The notes beneath the pieces were generated by a model that worked only from the letters and a program-made list of their open reading frames with translations, was not told where the DNA came from and did no database searches. Positions 20,373-29,876 of a stretch of 64,000 nucleotides of DNA are shown here, one piece after another. Numbering within the stretch: the first letter of the stretch is position 1; every line of letters begins with the position of its first letter. Made by a program: the position numbers and the translations under genes. Source of the DNA: Trueperaceae bacterium (lineage in GTDB: Bacteria > Deinococcota > Deinococci > Deinococcales > Trueperaceae); NCBI GenBank assembly GCA_965213705.1, contig OZ243913.1, forward strand, positions 128,001 to 192,000, written 5' to 3'.

Positions 20373-20374
20373 CC

Positions 20375-21808
20375 TCACGCCGTCTCGAGCTTGTACGCCT
20401 CTTTCGCAAGCCCATACGCCAAACTCTGCGCCGCGGCAAGCGCGTCTTCTTCGTCCAGCAAACCCTTCAAGGTCTCCCCCGCCAGCCAGTTGCACGTCAC
20501 CCGCCGCCACACGTCGTGACGGCTCGGAATAGAGGCGAAGGCCCTCGTGTCGTCGTTGAAACCCGCTAGGTTGTAGACTCCGGCGGTTTCGACCACGCTG
20601 TCCAAAAAGCGCTCCATCCCTTTGACCGAGTCGAAGAACCACCACGGCGGCCCGAGCCGCAGCGCGGGCCAGTGCCCGGCCAGCGGCGCGAGTTCGCGGC
20701 TGTAGCCGGTTTCGTCGAGGGCGAATAAAATCAGGTGAAAGTCGGGCTCGTTGCCATAAGCGTTGAGGAGTTCGGATAGCGAGCGCGTCCATTCGGTCTG
20801 CACGGGAATGTCCGCGCCCATGTCGCGGCCGAAGCGCTCGAACACGGCGCGGTTGTGGTTGCGCAAACTGCCCGCGTGAAGCTGCATGACGAGGCCGTCC
20901 GTTACGCTCATCCGGGCCATCTCGAGCAGCATGTGCGCGGTGAACTTCTCCGCGTCGTGGGCCTCGAGCCGCCCCGCCAGCGCCCGCTGAAAAATCGCCT
21001 CGGCCTCGGTCTTCGACAAGCGTTCGGTGTGCGGCGTCAGCGCGGCGTGGTCGGTGGCGACTGCGCCCGTTTCTTTGAAAAAAGCGCGGCGCTGCTCGAG
21101 CGCTGCAACAAGCGAAGCGTAGTCCGTCACTTCGAGGCCTGAGACTTCGCCGAGTTTGGCAATGGTCTCGAGCCAGCTCTCGGTGTCTAAATTCACCACC
21201 GCGTCCGGACGGAAGGTGGGGCGGATTTGCGTCCAACCTTCCTCGTGTAAAGACTGGTGAGCGGTTAGCGTATCGGTCGCCGCGTCGGTGGTGCAGAGAA
21301 CCTCGATGTTGAAGCGCTCGAAGAGGGCTCGAGGGCTGTATTCGGGTTGAGCAAGTTTGGCCTCAAGCTCGTCGTAAATCTCCCCCGCCGTGTCGCCGTT
21401 CAGCTTGGTGTCGATGCCGAACAGCGTGACAAGTTCGTCCTTGAGCCACAAACCCGTCGGCGTTCCGGCAAACAGGTAAAAGTGCTCGGCGAAGCGCTGC
21501 CAGACTTTACGCCCGTCGGTCTCGAAGGGAGTTCCGTCCTTGGTAGGTACGCCCAATTCCTCTAAGTTCATCCCTTGGCTGTAGAGCATCCGCAAGATGT
21601 AGTGGTCGGGGATGACGAACAGCTCCGCGGGGTTGCCGAGTTTCGCGTTCGGGTCGGCAAGGAGCTTCGGCGGCACGTGTCCGTGCGGACAGACGAGCGG
21701 CAGGTCGGCAACGTGCTCGTAAAGGTCTCGAGCGGTTCTGCGCTGCGCGGGGAGCGGCGAAAAGCAGCGGTCGGGGTCTAGCTGCCAGGTGGAACGGGTC
21801 GGGGTCAT
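20375..21808 (-). CDS. uxaC: Glucuronate (uronate) isomerase
   Basis: PHGH, PDHY, CTTD, PTFRPD, MQLHAG, GPPWWFFDS, GFNDDTRAF. Confidence 0.95.
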   Translation of the reverse strand: MTPTRSTWQLDPDRCFSPLPAQRRTARDLYEHVADLPLVCPHGHVPPKLLADPNAKLGNPAELFVIPDHYILRMLYSQGMNLEELGVPTKDGTPFETDGRKVWQRFAEHFYLFAGTPTGLWLKDELVTLFGIDTKLNGDTAGEIYDELEAKLAQPEYSPRALFERFNIEVLCTTDAATDTLTAHQSLHEEGWTQIRPTFRPDAVVNLDTESWLETIAKLGEVSGLEVTDYASLVAALEQRRAFFKETGAVATDHAALTPHTERLSKTEAEAIFQRALAGRLEAHDAEKFTAHMLLEMARMSVTDGLVMQLHAGSLRNHNRAVFERFGRDMGADIPVQTEWTRSLSELLNAYGNEPDFHLILFALDETGYSRELAPLAGHWPALRLGPPWWFFDSVKGMERFLDSVVETAGVYNLAGFNDDTRAFASIPSRHDVWRRVTCNWLAGETLKGLLDEEDALAAAQSLAYGLAKEAYKLETA

Positions 21809-21866
21809 GGCGGGCCTCCTTGAAGTTAACGGACAAAGTAGCAGTTCCGAACGAGCCTAGAAGAAG

Positions 21867-21968
21867 CCCCCTTAACAAGGGGGGTTGGGGAATTTGCTTC
21901 TGACAACTTGTCATGGAGTCATTCACAGAAGCAGACCTCCCCTAGCCCCTCCTGAAAGGAGGGGGACA
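21867..21968. repeat. Inverted pair of REP-like palindromes inside the hexuronate operon
   Basis: CCCCCTTAACAAGGGGGGTTGGGG ... CCTCCCCTAGCCCCTCCTGAAAGGAGGGGG. Confidence 0.6.
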
Positions 21969-21999
21969 GAACACAGCTCGAGCCTCACTTTGGTGACCA

Positions 22000-23262
22000 T
22001 CATGTACCCTTTACTTTATAAAGCATCTCGCCCGCCTTGGGGACGAACAGGACGCCCTCGGCTGCGCGGTTTTGCCACTCGGTCGGGTCCACAGCGTCAG
22101 GATTGAGGTAGCCAAGGGCGAGCCGGACGCAGTCTTCGCGGGACAATTTGGTCGCCAAGGTGACGTTCGCCCGCGGAACCTCCACGCCGTCCACAAATTC
22201 CCCATCGCCCCGCACATGCGTCGAGTGGGCCAGCACCCCGAGCGGAACGTGCTTGAACCGCTCCCACTGCTTCAAAAAGTAAGGCAAAACGTGGTAGCCG
22301 ATTTCATAGATATGTTCCCCGTGGACGCGGCTCACCGTGTCTAAGTGCGGCGCATAAATGACGAGTTCGCTGCCCGCGGCGAGGGCGGGCTCGAGCTTGT
22401 ACATCGCCTTGCCCGCCGTCCAGAGTTCGTCGTACATCGGCGGGGCTTGGGAAAGCACGCGCTCGAAGGGTTTGTCCACCCAAATAATGTGCCGTTTCGA
22501 AGAGAGGTTGGCGGCTTCACTCCAGGCGCTGAGGTAGTTGCCGACGAACATACCCGCCAAACCCTCGCCCACGACCGTCAGCGCGACGAGCGTGACCGGC
22601 GTTTTGACGTACTCGGCGGCGGCGTGAATCATGGCGCGCACCGGCGTGTCTTTGATGCCGATGGTGCCGCGCACCCCGGCGAGCGCGCCGAGCCAGTGGG
22701 TCACGTTGATCAGATGCGGTCCCGAAACGCCGGGGAACAGGTACTTCGCCCCGCCCGAGAAGCCGACCACCTCGTGCGGAAAGGTCGGGCCGAGGATGAG
22801 GACGTGGTCGTGCTCGAGCACCGCGCCGTTGATGTTGACCGGCACGTCGCCGCCCAACGTCGGGTGCCAGCGGTCGCCCGCGATTTCTTTGATTTGCTCT
22901 TGGGACAGCGTCGCGATGTTCGTCAGGGTGCCGGGGTCGTTCCAGGCGTGGTTAGTAAGGCCGATGTGGGCGAACTTCCCGCTACGCTCTTCCGGGGTCA
23001 CGCCGACGAGCTTGTTCAGTTGCGCCTCGCTCAGCGGCGGATGCGTGCCGAGGGCGACCATGAACTCGAGCCCCCCAACATCGTGCAAAATCTCGACCAG
23101 CAGCCGGAACAGTTGCGGCAGCGGCAGCGTGCGAGTGTGGTCAGGGATGAGGACGAGGACGCGCTGGTTTGTAAACTTGCCCTCGAGACCTTTATACAAA
23201 GTTTGCCGGACGGTGTCGGCGTCCAGAACCTGACCTGCTGGGGCGAGGGCTCGAGCCAACAT
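22000..23262 (-). CDS. LarA-superfamily (nickel-pincer) epimerase, probable mannonate/gluconate 2-epimerase
   Basis: IPDHTR, ALGTH, HEVVGFSGGAK motifs; located in a uxa/uxu operon. Confidence 0.8.
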   Translation of the reverse strand: MLARALAPAGQVLDADTVRQTLYKGLEGKFTNQRVLVLIPDHTRTLPLPQLFRLLVEILHDVGGLEFMVALGTHPPLSEAQLNKLVGVTPEERSGKFAHIGLTNHAWNDPGTLTNIATLSQEQIKEIAGDRWHPTLGGDVPVNINGAVLEHDHVLILGPTFPHEVVGFSGGAKYLFPGVSGPHLINVTHWLGALAGVRGTIGIKDTPVRAMIHAAAEYVKTPVTLVALTVVGEGLAGMFVGNYLSAWSEAANLSSKRHIIWVDKPFERVLSQAPPMYDELWTAGKAMYKLEPALAAGSELVIYAPHLDTVSRVHGEHIYEIGYHVLPYFLKQWERFKHVPLGVLAHSTHVRGDGEFVDGVEVPRANVTLATKLSREDCVRLALGYLNPDAVDPTEWQNRAAEGVLFVPKAGEMLYKVKGT

Positions 23263-23263
23263 T

Positions 23264-24076
23264 TTAGACCCCTCCAAACGCCGCGAAGCCGCCGTCCACC
23301 GGCACCACCACGCCGGTCACGAAGCGAGAAGCGTCCGAGGCCAGCCATAGAGTCGTCCCAACGAGGTCTTCGGGTTTACCGAAACGGCCCATCGGCGTGT
23401 GCGTGACGATTTGTTGGCCTCGCTCGGTCAACGAGCCGTCCTCGTTCAGAAGCAGCTTACGGTTTTGCTCGCCCACGAAAAAGCCCGGCGCAATCGCGTT
23501 GACGCGCAGACCCTCGCCGTACTTTTGGGCTAAATCGACCGCCAGCCACTTTGTAAAGTTGTCGACCGCCGCCTTCGCCGCGCTGTAGCCGACGACGCGG
23601 GTGAGCGGTTTTTGTGCCGCCATCGAAGAGATGTTGATGATGGAGCCGCTACCCCATTCCCGCATCGCCGCGCCGAACACTTGCGCAGGGAGGATGGTGC
23701 CGAGCAGGTTGAGGTTCACGACCTCGTCTAGGGCAGCTTTTTCAACGTCGAAGAAGCTCAAATCTCCCACTACGGTCGCGCCCGGCAGGTTGCCGCCCGC
23801 GGCGTTGACGAGGATGTCAACGCGGTTCCAGGTCTCAAGGAGTTTGGAACAAGCTTCTTCAAGTTCCCCTCGTTCCAACACATCGGCGGGCAAGGCCAAC
23901 GCTTCGCCGCCTTCGGCCTCGATGCTACGGGCGACCTCCTCAGCCTTTTCTTCACGCCGCCCCATAATGGCAACCTTCGCACCCGCCGCGGCGAGCCCGC
24001 GCGCCATTGCGCCGCCCAAGACGCCGGTGCCGCCCGTGACGACGGCGACTTTGCCTTTCAAGTCGAAGAGGGTCAT
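23264..24076 (-). CDS. uxuB: SDR oxidoreductase, D-mannonate oxidoreductase-like
   Basis: TGGTGVLG, NAAGGN, YSAAK, PLTRV, NAIAPGFF; operon context. Confidence 0.8.
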   Translation of the reverse strand: MTLFDLKGKVAVVTGGTGVLGGAMARGLAAAGAKVAIMGRREEKAEEVARSIEAEGGEALALPADVLERGELEEACSKLLETWNRVDILVNAAGGNLPGATVVGDLSFFDVEKAALDEVVNLNLLGTILPAQVFGAAMREWGSGSIINISSMAAQKPLTRVVGYSAAKAAVDNFTKWLAVDLAQKYGEGLRVNAIAPGFFVGEQNRKLLLNEDGSLTERGQQIVTHTPMGRFGKPEDLVGTTLWLASDASRFVTGVVVPVDGGFAAFGGV

Positions 24077-25542
24077 GCTTCACCTACAAAAGGTCGCAGA
24101 TGCTTCTCGAAATGTCGCGCCAAGGTTTCATAGTGTTCTTCTTCGTGAGCCTCGAGCACCGTCGTCAGCTCAGATTTGAAGCGGTCGAGCACCGAGCCGT
24201 AGGTGACGTGGAGGACTTGCCGCGCGTCGGTTTGCTCGAGCAACCCCGGCAATTCCGCATCTTTCAAGCTCGCAGCACTCGGCACGCGGGTCGGGTCGCA
24301 GGACAAGAGATAGCTTTTGCGGTCGTGCTCGAAGCGCGCTCGTGAGTGCTCGAGCACCGCCCGAAAAAACTCCGGCGCAACCTGCGCGACGACGCGCAAC
24401 GCTTCCAAGTAACTCGTCCCCGCCGTCTTGAGGTGAACTAGGCCGCGGGTCGATTCATTCACGAGACTGTACACGCCGAACTTGTCTGAGCCCGAGTGCA
24501 AGCTGAGTTTGTAGGGGCCGAGCGCTCGCGCAACCTCGGCGTGGACGGTCAAGTTTTCTTTCAGTTCGTCCAAGTCGCCGATGTAGTCGACCCCTTTTTC
24601 AAACCGCCCCACGTAGCGCGGTGCCAGGCTCACCCACGCAACGCCCAAGCGCTTCAACTCGGACGCGACGACCGCGTGTTCGACGGGTGAAGTCGGGTGC
24701 GCGGTTTCGTCGACGGAAACTTCCAACTCGAACGGGATGCTTTTAGCTTGCAGGTGCCGGTACATTTTGACAACGTGGGAGACGGCAGCGCCGTACTTGA
24801 CCGCGGCTCGAGTCACGGCTTCGGGCGTGAGGTCCAGAGTTTGGGTCTCGAGCCCGACGCTACCTTTGTAAAGCCCCATGAAGTCTGTGGGCGTGGTCTC
24901 GAGCGCGTCCCAGGGCAACGCGTCGAAAGCCTCTCGCAACGTGCCGGTGTCCGCCGTCTCCGCCGCGTCGTTCACATACTCGCCGGGGTCGACGGTGTAA
25001 AAGCTGAAACCCGCCGCGGCGCAGGCGTCGATGTCCGCAGTCGTTTTGAGGTGGTCGGCGTCGGCACCCACAGGTTCGCGCCAACCCGCCTGAAACGCGC
25101 CCCAGGTAGCGTCGGTCATGACTTCTTCGGGTGTGCGGCCGGTGCGGGTCATTTCACGGATAGACTGTTGGGCAAAAATCGGTGCGATGTTCCCGCCGAC
25201 TTGCTGAAGGGCTGATGCGTGTCCCGGCGTGGCAATCCCGAGCCGGTCACCGAAGCCTGCCGAGGTTTTTAGGCCGAGCGGCACGGGCTGCAAGTTGGGT
25301 AAGAGGTCGCGGAGGGCGGCGGCGTTTTCAAAGCTTTTAACGGCCTTCAGGCGGACGAGGTCGTTTTCGCTCGAGGCAACCTCACCTTTAAAGATTTCCA
25401 AAGCACGGCTGTCGGGTGGCGCGACGAGGTTCAAGCTTTTTTCACCGTCCAACCACAAAACCGCGTCGCCCGCGGTCAACACAGAAGCGGAGTAATCCCC
25501 CTCAGCAAGATACTTTTCAGCCGTCACCACGTCCCCTTTCAC
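24073..25542 (-). CDS. uxaE: Tagaturonate/fructuronate epimerase
   Basis: GFGDRLG, AQQSIREM.RT.R, GADADHLK, FEKGVDY, KLSLHSGSDKF, HLKTAGTSYLEA. Confidence 0.92.
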   Translation of the reverse strand: MKGDVVTAEKYLAEGDYSASVLTAGDAVLWLDGEKSLNLVAPPDSRALEIFKGEVASSENDLVRLKAVKSFENAAALRDLLPNLQPVPLGLKTSAGFGDRLGIATPGHASALQQVGGNIAPIFAQQSIREMTRTGRTPEEVMTDATWGAFQAGWREPVGADADHLKTTADIDACAAAGFSFYTVDPGEYVNDAAETADTGTLREAFDALPWDALETTPTDFMGLYKGSVGLETQTLDLTPEAVTRAAVKYGAAVSHVVKMYRHLQAKSIPFELEVSVDETAHPTSPVEHAVVASELKRLGVAWVSLAPRYVGRFEKGVDYIGDLDELKENLTVHAEVARALGPYKLSLHSGSDKFGVYSLVNESTRGLVHLKTAGTSYLEALRVVAQVAPEFFRAVLEHSRARFEHDRKSYLLSCDPTRVPSAASLKDAELPGLLEQTDARQVLHVTYGSVLDRFKSELTTVLEAHEEEHYETLARHFEKHLRPFVGEA

Positions 25543-26573
25543 GGCGCGCTCTGCCGGACAATGAGTTGAGGTTTCAAGACGACCCGCTCGCCGTAAGGCT
25601 CGCCCGCAATCCGGTTCAGCAGCGTCGCCACGGCCTGCGCGCCTAGTTCGTACTTGGACACGCCCAGGGTCGCCAGGGACGGTCTCGTCAGGCTCGCCAT
25701 GCGGATGTCGTCGCAGCCGACGACGGCGACGCGCTCCGGCACCGCTATCCTAAGTTCGTCCAGCGCCTGCAACGCGCCGATGGCGACGAGGTCGTTGTAG
25801 CAGACGAGGCCGTCCACGGGCTGAGTATTGAGAAGCGTTTTAGTCGCTGCGTAGCCGCCCGCTTCGTCGGGAGAACAAACGTGAATGAGCGATTCGTCCA
25901 CCTCTCGCCCGATGGTCTCGAGGGCCGTTCGGTAGCCCCTCGAACGCTCCTTGGCGCTGTAAGAGGCGTCCGGCCCGGCCAGAAAGCCGATAGTCTCGCG
26001 CCCGCCCCCGAGCAGGTGGTGAACCGCGCGCATCGTCCCGTGGGCGTCGTCGACGAGGACGCTGCCGGCGAGGTGCTGCGGCGCGCTGCGGTTGACAAGC
26101 ACGGCGGCGGGGTGTTGCGCGACGAGTTGCAACAGCTCGGCCTCGCCCAAACGCGAGCTGCACACGACCACACCGTCAGCCCTGGTTTCTTCCAACATGT
26201 GCAGCACGGCCCGCTCGCGCTCAGCACCTTCGCCGGTGTTGCACAGGACAAGGCTGTAGCCCGCCCGCCACGCCGCGTCCTCCGCGCCGCGCACGATTTC
26301 GGGGAAAAACGGGTTGGTGATGTCGGGAACGACGAGCCCGAGGGTGAAGGTGCGCTGCGTGCTCAAACTCCGCGCGACCTTGCTCGGCCGGTAGCCGAGC
26401 TGTTGAACAGCCGCCTCGACCCGCGCCCGCGTCGCGGGTCGCGTCTCGCCCTTGGCGTTGATGACCCTCGAGACCGTCATCGTCGACACGCCCGCCGCCC
26501 TGGCGACGTCGGCGATGGTCGTCCGCTCGGGAGTTGCGCTTGCACCCTTGTTACCGCTAACGGTCTCGTTCAA
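25539..26573 (-). CDS. LacI family transcriptional regulator
   Basis: TIADVARAAGVSTMTVSRVIN HTH plus sugar-binding domain; TTG start uncertain. Confidence 0.92.
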   Translation of the reverse strand: MNETVSGNKGASATPERTTIADVARAAGVSTMTVSRVINAKGETRPATRARVEAAVQQLGYRPSKVARSLSTQRTFTLGLVVPDITNPFFPEIVRGAEDAAWRAGYSLVLCNTGEGAERERAVLHMLEETRADGVVVCSSRLGEAELLQLVAQHPAAVLVNRSAPQHLAGSVLVDDAHGTMRAVHHLLGGGRETIGFLAGPDASYSAKERSRGYRTALETIGREVDESLIHVCSPDEAGGYAATKTLLNTQPVDGLVCYNDLVAIGALQALDELRIAVPERVAVVGCDDIRMASLTRPSLATLGVSKYELGAQAVATLLNRIAGEPYGERVVLKPQLIVRQSAP

Positions 26574-26611
26574 GATGCTCGAGTATAGGCCGCCCCGAAA
26601 AGCTACGTCAA
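26549..26611 (-). promoter_or_regulatory. lacI/uxa operon promoter plus LacI-type operator
   Basis: TTGACG-18-TATACT on the minus strand; operator GTTACCGCTAAC at 26550-26561. Confidence 0.7.
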
Positions 26612-26696
26612 GACAGGCTCTGGCAAGCCGAAACTCTTAAAGATGCCTCTTGTACAACGTGAAAGCGGGATACTCAGTTCATGAAACCTCGCCTGA

Positions 26697-26762
26697 TTGA
26701 CACGGGCTCGAGCGGTGTGCTACGTTTTCAGGCAAGACGACATTTCAGTGTTAGCGGTAACG
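26697..26762 (+). promoter_or_regulatory. dctP promoter plus LacI-type operator
   Basis: TTGACA-18-(TGn)TACGTT; operator GTTAGCGGTAAC at 26750-26761. Confidence 0.7.
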
Positions 26763-26840
26763 GTTGGAGTAGGTCGGCTCGTCGCTTTTCTCGGTCCGGC
26801 GGGTTCGCCGGGGCTCGAGAACTTTTCAAGGAGGATTTAT

Positions 26841-27812
26841 ATGCAGCGTTTGAAACTCGGTTTGCTCGTTTTGGTACTCGGTTTGTTCGGTCTGAGCTTC
26901 GCCCAAGACATCACCCTGCGCGCGGCGGACAACCAGCCCGAGGACTACCCGACCGTCGTCGGCCTCAAGTTTATGGCGAACTACTTGGCAGAAAACTCGG
27001 ACGGGCGCATTACGATGGAAGTGTTCGCGGGCGGGCAGCTCGGCGACGAGCGTTCGACCATCGAGCAGGCGCAGCTCGGCGTCATCGACATCGTGCGCAC
27101 CTCGACCAGTCCGGTCGGTGAGTTTTACGCACCGATGGGCGTTTACAGCCTCCCCTATATCTTCAGAAACCAAGACCACTTCGTCAACGTGCTGCAAGGG
27201 CCGGTCGGTGAGGAACTGTTGGCGGGTCTCGCCGAGGCCGACCTCGTCGGCCTCGCTTACTACGACTCGGGCTCACGCAACTTTTACACCACGAACACGC
27301 CGATTCGCAGCGTCGCCAACCTGCAAGGTTTGCGCATCCGCACGCAGCAGAGCCAGGTCGTCTTGGACATGATGGAACTCCTGGGCGCGGAGCCGGTGCC
27401 GATGGCCTTCGGCGAGGTGTACAGCTCGCTCCAAACGGGCGTCATCGACGGCGCGGAGAACAACTACCCTTCCTACGGGCCGAACGGCGTGCGCCACTTC
27501 GAGGTCGCGCCTTACTTCACCGAGGACGGCCACGCCCGCGTCCCCGAAGTCGTGATGATCGCCAAGTCCACCTGGGACACCTTGAGCCCGGAGGACCAAA
27601 CGCTGGTGCGCAAAGCCGCGCAAGCCAGCGTGCCGGTCCAGTTCGAAGCTTGGGCCGAACTCTCCGACGCCAGCGAACAAGCCGTCATCGACGCGGGCAG
27701 CGAGATCATTCAGGTGGACACGCAAGAGTTTCAGGACGCGGTGCAGCCCCTATACGACACCTACGGCAGTGAGTACGGCGACCTGGTGCAGCGGATTTTG
27801 GACACGCAGTAG
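26841..27812 (+). CDS. dctP: TRAP transporter substrate-binding protein
   Basis: AGGAGG RBS, signal peptide, GQLGDE, GLRIR, EVYSSLQTGVIDGAENN. Confidence 0.93.
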   Translation: MQRLKLGLLVLVLGLFGLSFAQDITLRAADNQPEDYPTVVGLKFMANYLAENSDGRITMEVFAGGQLGDERSTIEQAQLGVIDIVRTSTSPVGEFYAPMGVYSLPYIFRNQDHFVNVLQGPVGEELLAGLAEADLVGLAYYDSGSRNFYTTNTPIRSVANLQGLRIRTQQSQVVLDMMELLGAEPVPMAFGEVYSSLQTGVIDGAENNYPSYGPNGVRHFEVAPYFTEDGHARVPEVVMIAKSTWDTLSPEDQTLVRKAAQASVPVQFEAWAELSDASEQAVIDAGSEIIQVDTQEFQDAVQPLYDTYGSEYGDLVQRILDTQ

Positions 27813-27891
27813 AGGGTAGGGAAGTAGGAGGTAGGTAGTGGGGGGTAAAAGCCTTTGACTTTACTCCCTACTCCCTACTCCCACTCCCCCA
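27813..27891. repeat. Inverted heptamer-repeat element (GGGAGTA/TACTCCC arms, AAAAGCCTTTGACTT core)
   Basis: TACTCCC repeated in the right arm with a complementary purine-rich left arm. Confidence 0.7.
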
Positions 27892-27897
27892 CTAACC

Positions 27898-29796
27898 ATG
27901 ACGATTGAGCACAGCCTCGAGTCCTCCCTTTCCTGGGCGGGACGGCTCGAGCTTTACTTCACCAACCTGGTGCGCACGCTTTGCGCCGCGCTGCTCCTCG
28001 GCATCGTCGCGGTCATCGTGTGGCAGGTTGTGGCGCGCTACGTGCCGGGCTTGCGTATTCCGCGCTGGACCGAAGAGGTCAGCCTCATCCTGATGGTGTG
28101 GCTGTCGATGCTCGGCAGCGGTTTAGCGATTCGCGCGGGCGAACATTTAGCGGTGGACGTGGTCATGCGGCAATTTCCCCGCGCGCTGCAGACCTTCGTG
28201 ACGCGCGCGGTGTGGTTGTTGGTCGTCGGCTTCGGCGCGTACCTCGTTTTTTACGGCTACGAACTGAGCAGCAAGACGTTCGTGCAAACCTTTTCAGCAA
28301 CCAAATTACCCATCGGCGTGATGTACCTGGGCATCCCGTTCGGCGGCGTGCTCATCATCTTTTACGCGCTGCGCAACCTGTTTGGCAGACCCATCGTGAA
28401 TGACGAGGTGCCCCAGCGCAACCTCACACTGCGCCTCGCCTTGAGCGTTATCGGCTTGGTGCTGTTGGCTGGCAGCGTGGCGATTTTGGGGTTTGAGAAC
28501 TTGCTGAGCCCGGTTGGAATTCTGCTCGGCTCGCTCGCGTTGCTGCTGGTCGTCGGGGTGCCCATCGCGGTGGCGCTCGGGGTGGCTTGCCTCATAACCG
28601 TGTTCAACTTGGGGCTGCCGCCCTTGATTGTCGCGCAGCGGATGGCGAACGGCATCAACTCGACGCCGCTCTTAGCGATTCCCTTTTTTATCCTGGCGGG
28701 CCAGATTATGGCCGAGGGGGGCATCGCAGGGCGGCTGGTGGACTTTGCTCGAGTCCTCGTCGGCCCGGTGCGGGGCGGTTTGGCGATGGTCAACGTCGTC
28801 GCCTCGATGCTCTTCGGCGGCGCGTCGGGCTCGGCGGTCGCCGACGTGAGCGCGAACGGCTCTATCCTCATCCCGATGATGAAAAGCAAAGGCTACGACA
28901 CCGACTTCGCCGTCGGCGTCACCGTCGCGAGTTCGACCCAAGGGCTGATCATCCCGCCAAGCCACAACGCGGTGATTTACAGCCTCGCGGCGGGCGGCGT
29001 CTCCATCGGGGCGCTCTTTCTGGCGGGCTACATTCCCGGCATCATGATTGGCTTGTCCTTGATGGTGGCGAGTTACTTCTTGGCGTTGCGGCGCGGCTAC
29101 CCGACCGACGTGCGGCCCCCGTTCGGCGCGAGTTTGCGCATCACCGTCGGCGCGATTCCGGCGCTCTTGGTCGGGCTCATCATCGTCGGCGGCATCGCCT
29201 TTGGCTGGTTTACCGCGACCGAGGCGGCGGCCATCGGCACGGTGGTGGCCTTTGTCGTGGCAGCGTTTGTTTACAGAGAATTACCCCTTGCCAAGCTGTG
29301 GAGCGCCACGCTGCAGTCGGTGCGCACCATCGCAATCGTCATTTTCCTCATCGCCACGGCGAGTTCGTTCGCCTGGCTCATGGCTTACCTCCGCATCCCG
29401 AGCGCGCTGGCGAACGGGATTTTGGCCCTCAGCGACAACCCCATCGTGCTCCTCGCCATGATCAATATTTTGCTGCTCCTCCTCGGCGCGATTATGGACA
29501 TGGCCCCGCTGATTTTAATTCTGACGCCGGTGCTGCTGCCCATCGTCACCGCCGACCCCATCAACATGAGTCCGGTGCATTTCGGAATTGTACTCCTGAT
29601 GAATTTGGGCCTGGGACTTACCACGCCGCCAGTCGGCACGGCGCTGTTCGTCGGCTGCGCCATCGGCGAAATCCCCATTGAGCGGGCGAGCCGGGCGATG
29701 CTCACGCTGTGGCCGGTGATGCTGGTGGTGCTGCTGCTGGTGACGTATTTTCCGTGGTTTGTCAACGTGTTGCCGAGGTTGTTCGGGGGGTTGTGA
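27898..29796 (+). CDS. TRAP transporter fused small and large permease (DctQM)
   Basis: WTEEVS..L.VW and HLAVD (DctQ); LLAIPFFILAG, SGSAVAD, IIPPS, TPPVG (DctM). Confidence 0.92.
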   Translation: MTIEHSLESSLSWAGRLELYFTNLVRTLCAALLLGIVAVIVWQVVARYVPGLRIPRWTEEVSLILMVWLSMLGSGLAIRAGEHLAVDVVMRQFPRALQTFVTRAVWLLVVGFGAYLVFYGYELSSKTFVQTFSATKLPIGVMYLGIPFGGVLIIFYALRNLFGRPIVNDEVPQRNLTLRLALSVIGLVLLAGSVAILGFENLLSPVGILLGSLALLLVVGVPIAVALGVACLITVFNLGLPPLIVAQRMANGINSTPLLAIPFFILAGQIMAEGGIAGRLVDFARVLVGPVRGGLAMVNVVASMLFGGASGSAVADVSANGSILIPMMKSKGYDTDFAVGVTVASSTQGLIIPPSHNAVIYSLAAGGVSIGALFLAGYIPGIMIGLSLMVASYFLALRRGYPTDVRPPFGASLRITVGAIPALLVGLIIVGGIAFGWFTATEAAAIGTVVAFVVAAFVYRELPLAKLWSATLQSVRTIAIVIFLIATASSFAWLMAYLRIPSALANGILALSDNPIVLLAMINILLLLLGAIMDMAPLILILTPVLLPIVTADPINMSPVHFGIVLLMNLGLGLTTPPVGTALFVGCAIGEIPIERASRAMLTLWPVMLVVLLLVTYFPWFVNVLPRLFGGL

Positions 29797-29802
29797 GGAA
29801 GA

Positions 29803-29845
29803 TTTGATTGATTATCCCGCACATCGCGAGATAATCAAAATCAAA
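29803..29845. terminator. Hairpin between convergent dctQM and GNAT genes, probable terminator
   Basis: TTTGATTGATTATCCCGC-acatc-GCGAGATAATCAAAATCAAA. Confidence 0.6.
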
Positions 29846-29876
29846 CCTTACCTGATTTTTGTAATTTAGCAGCCCT

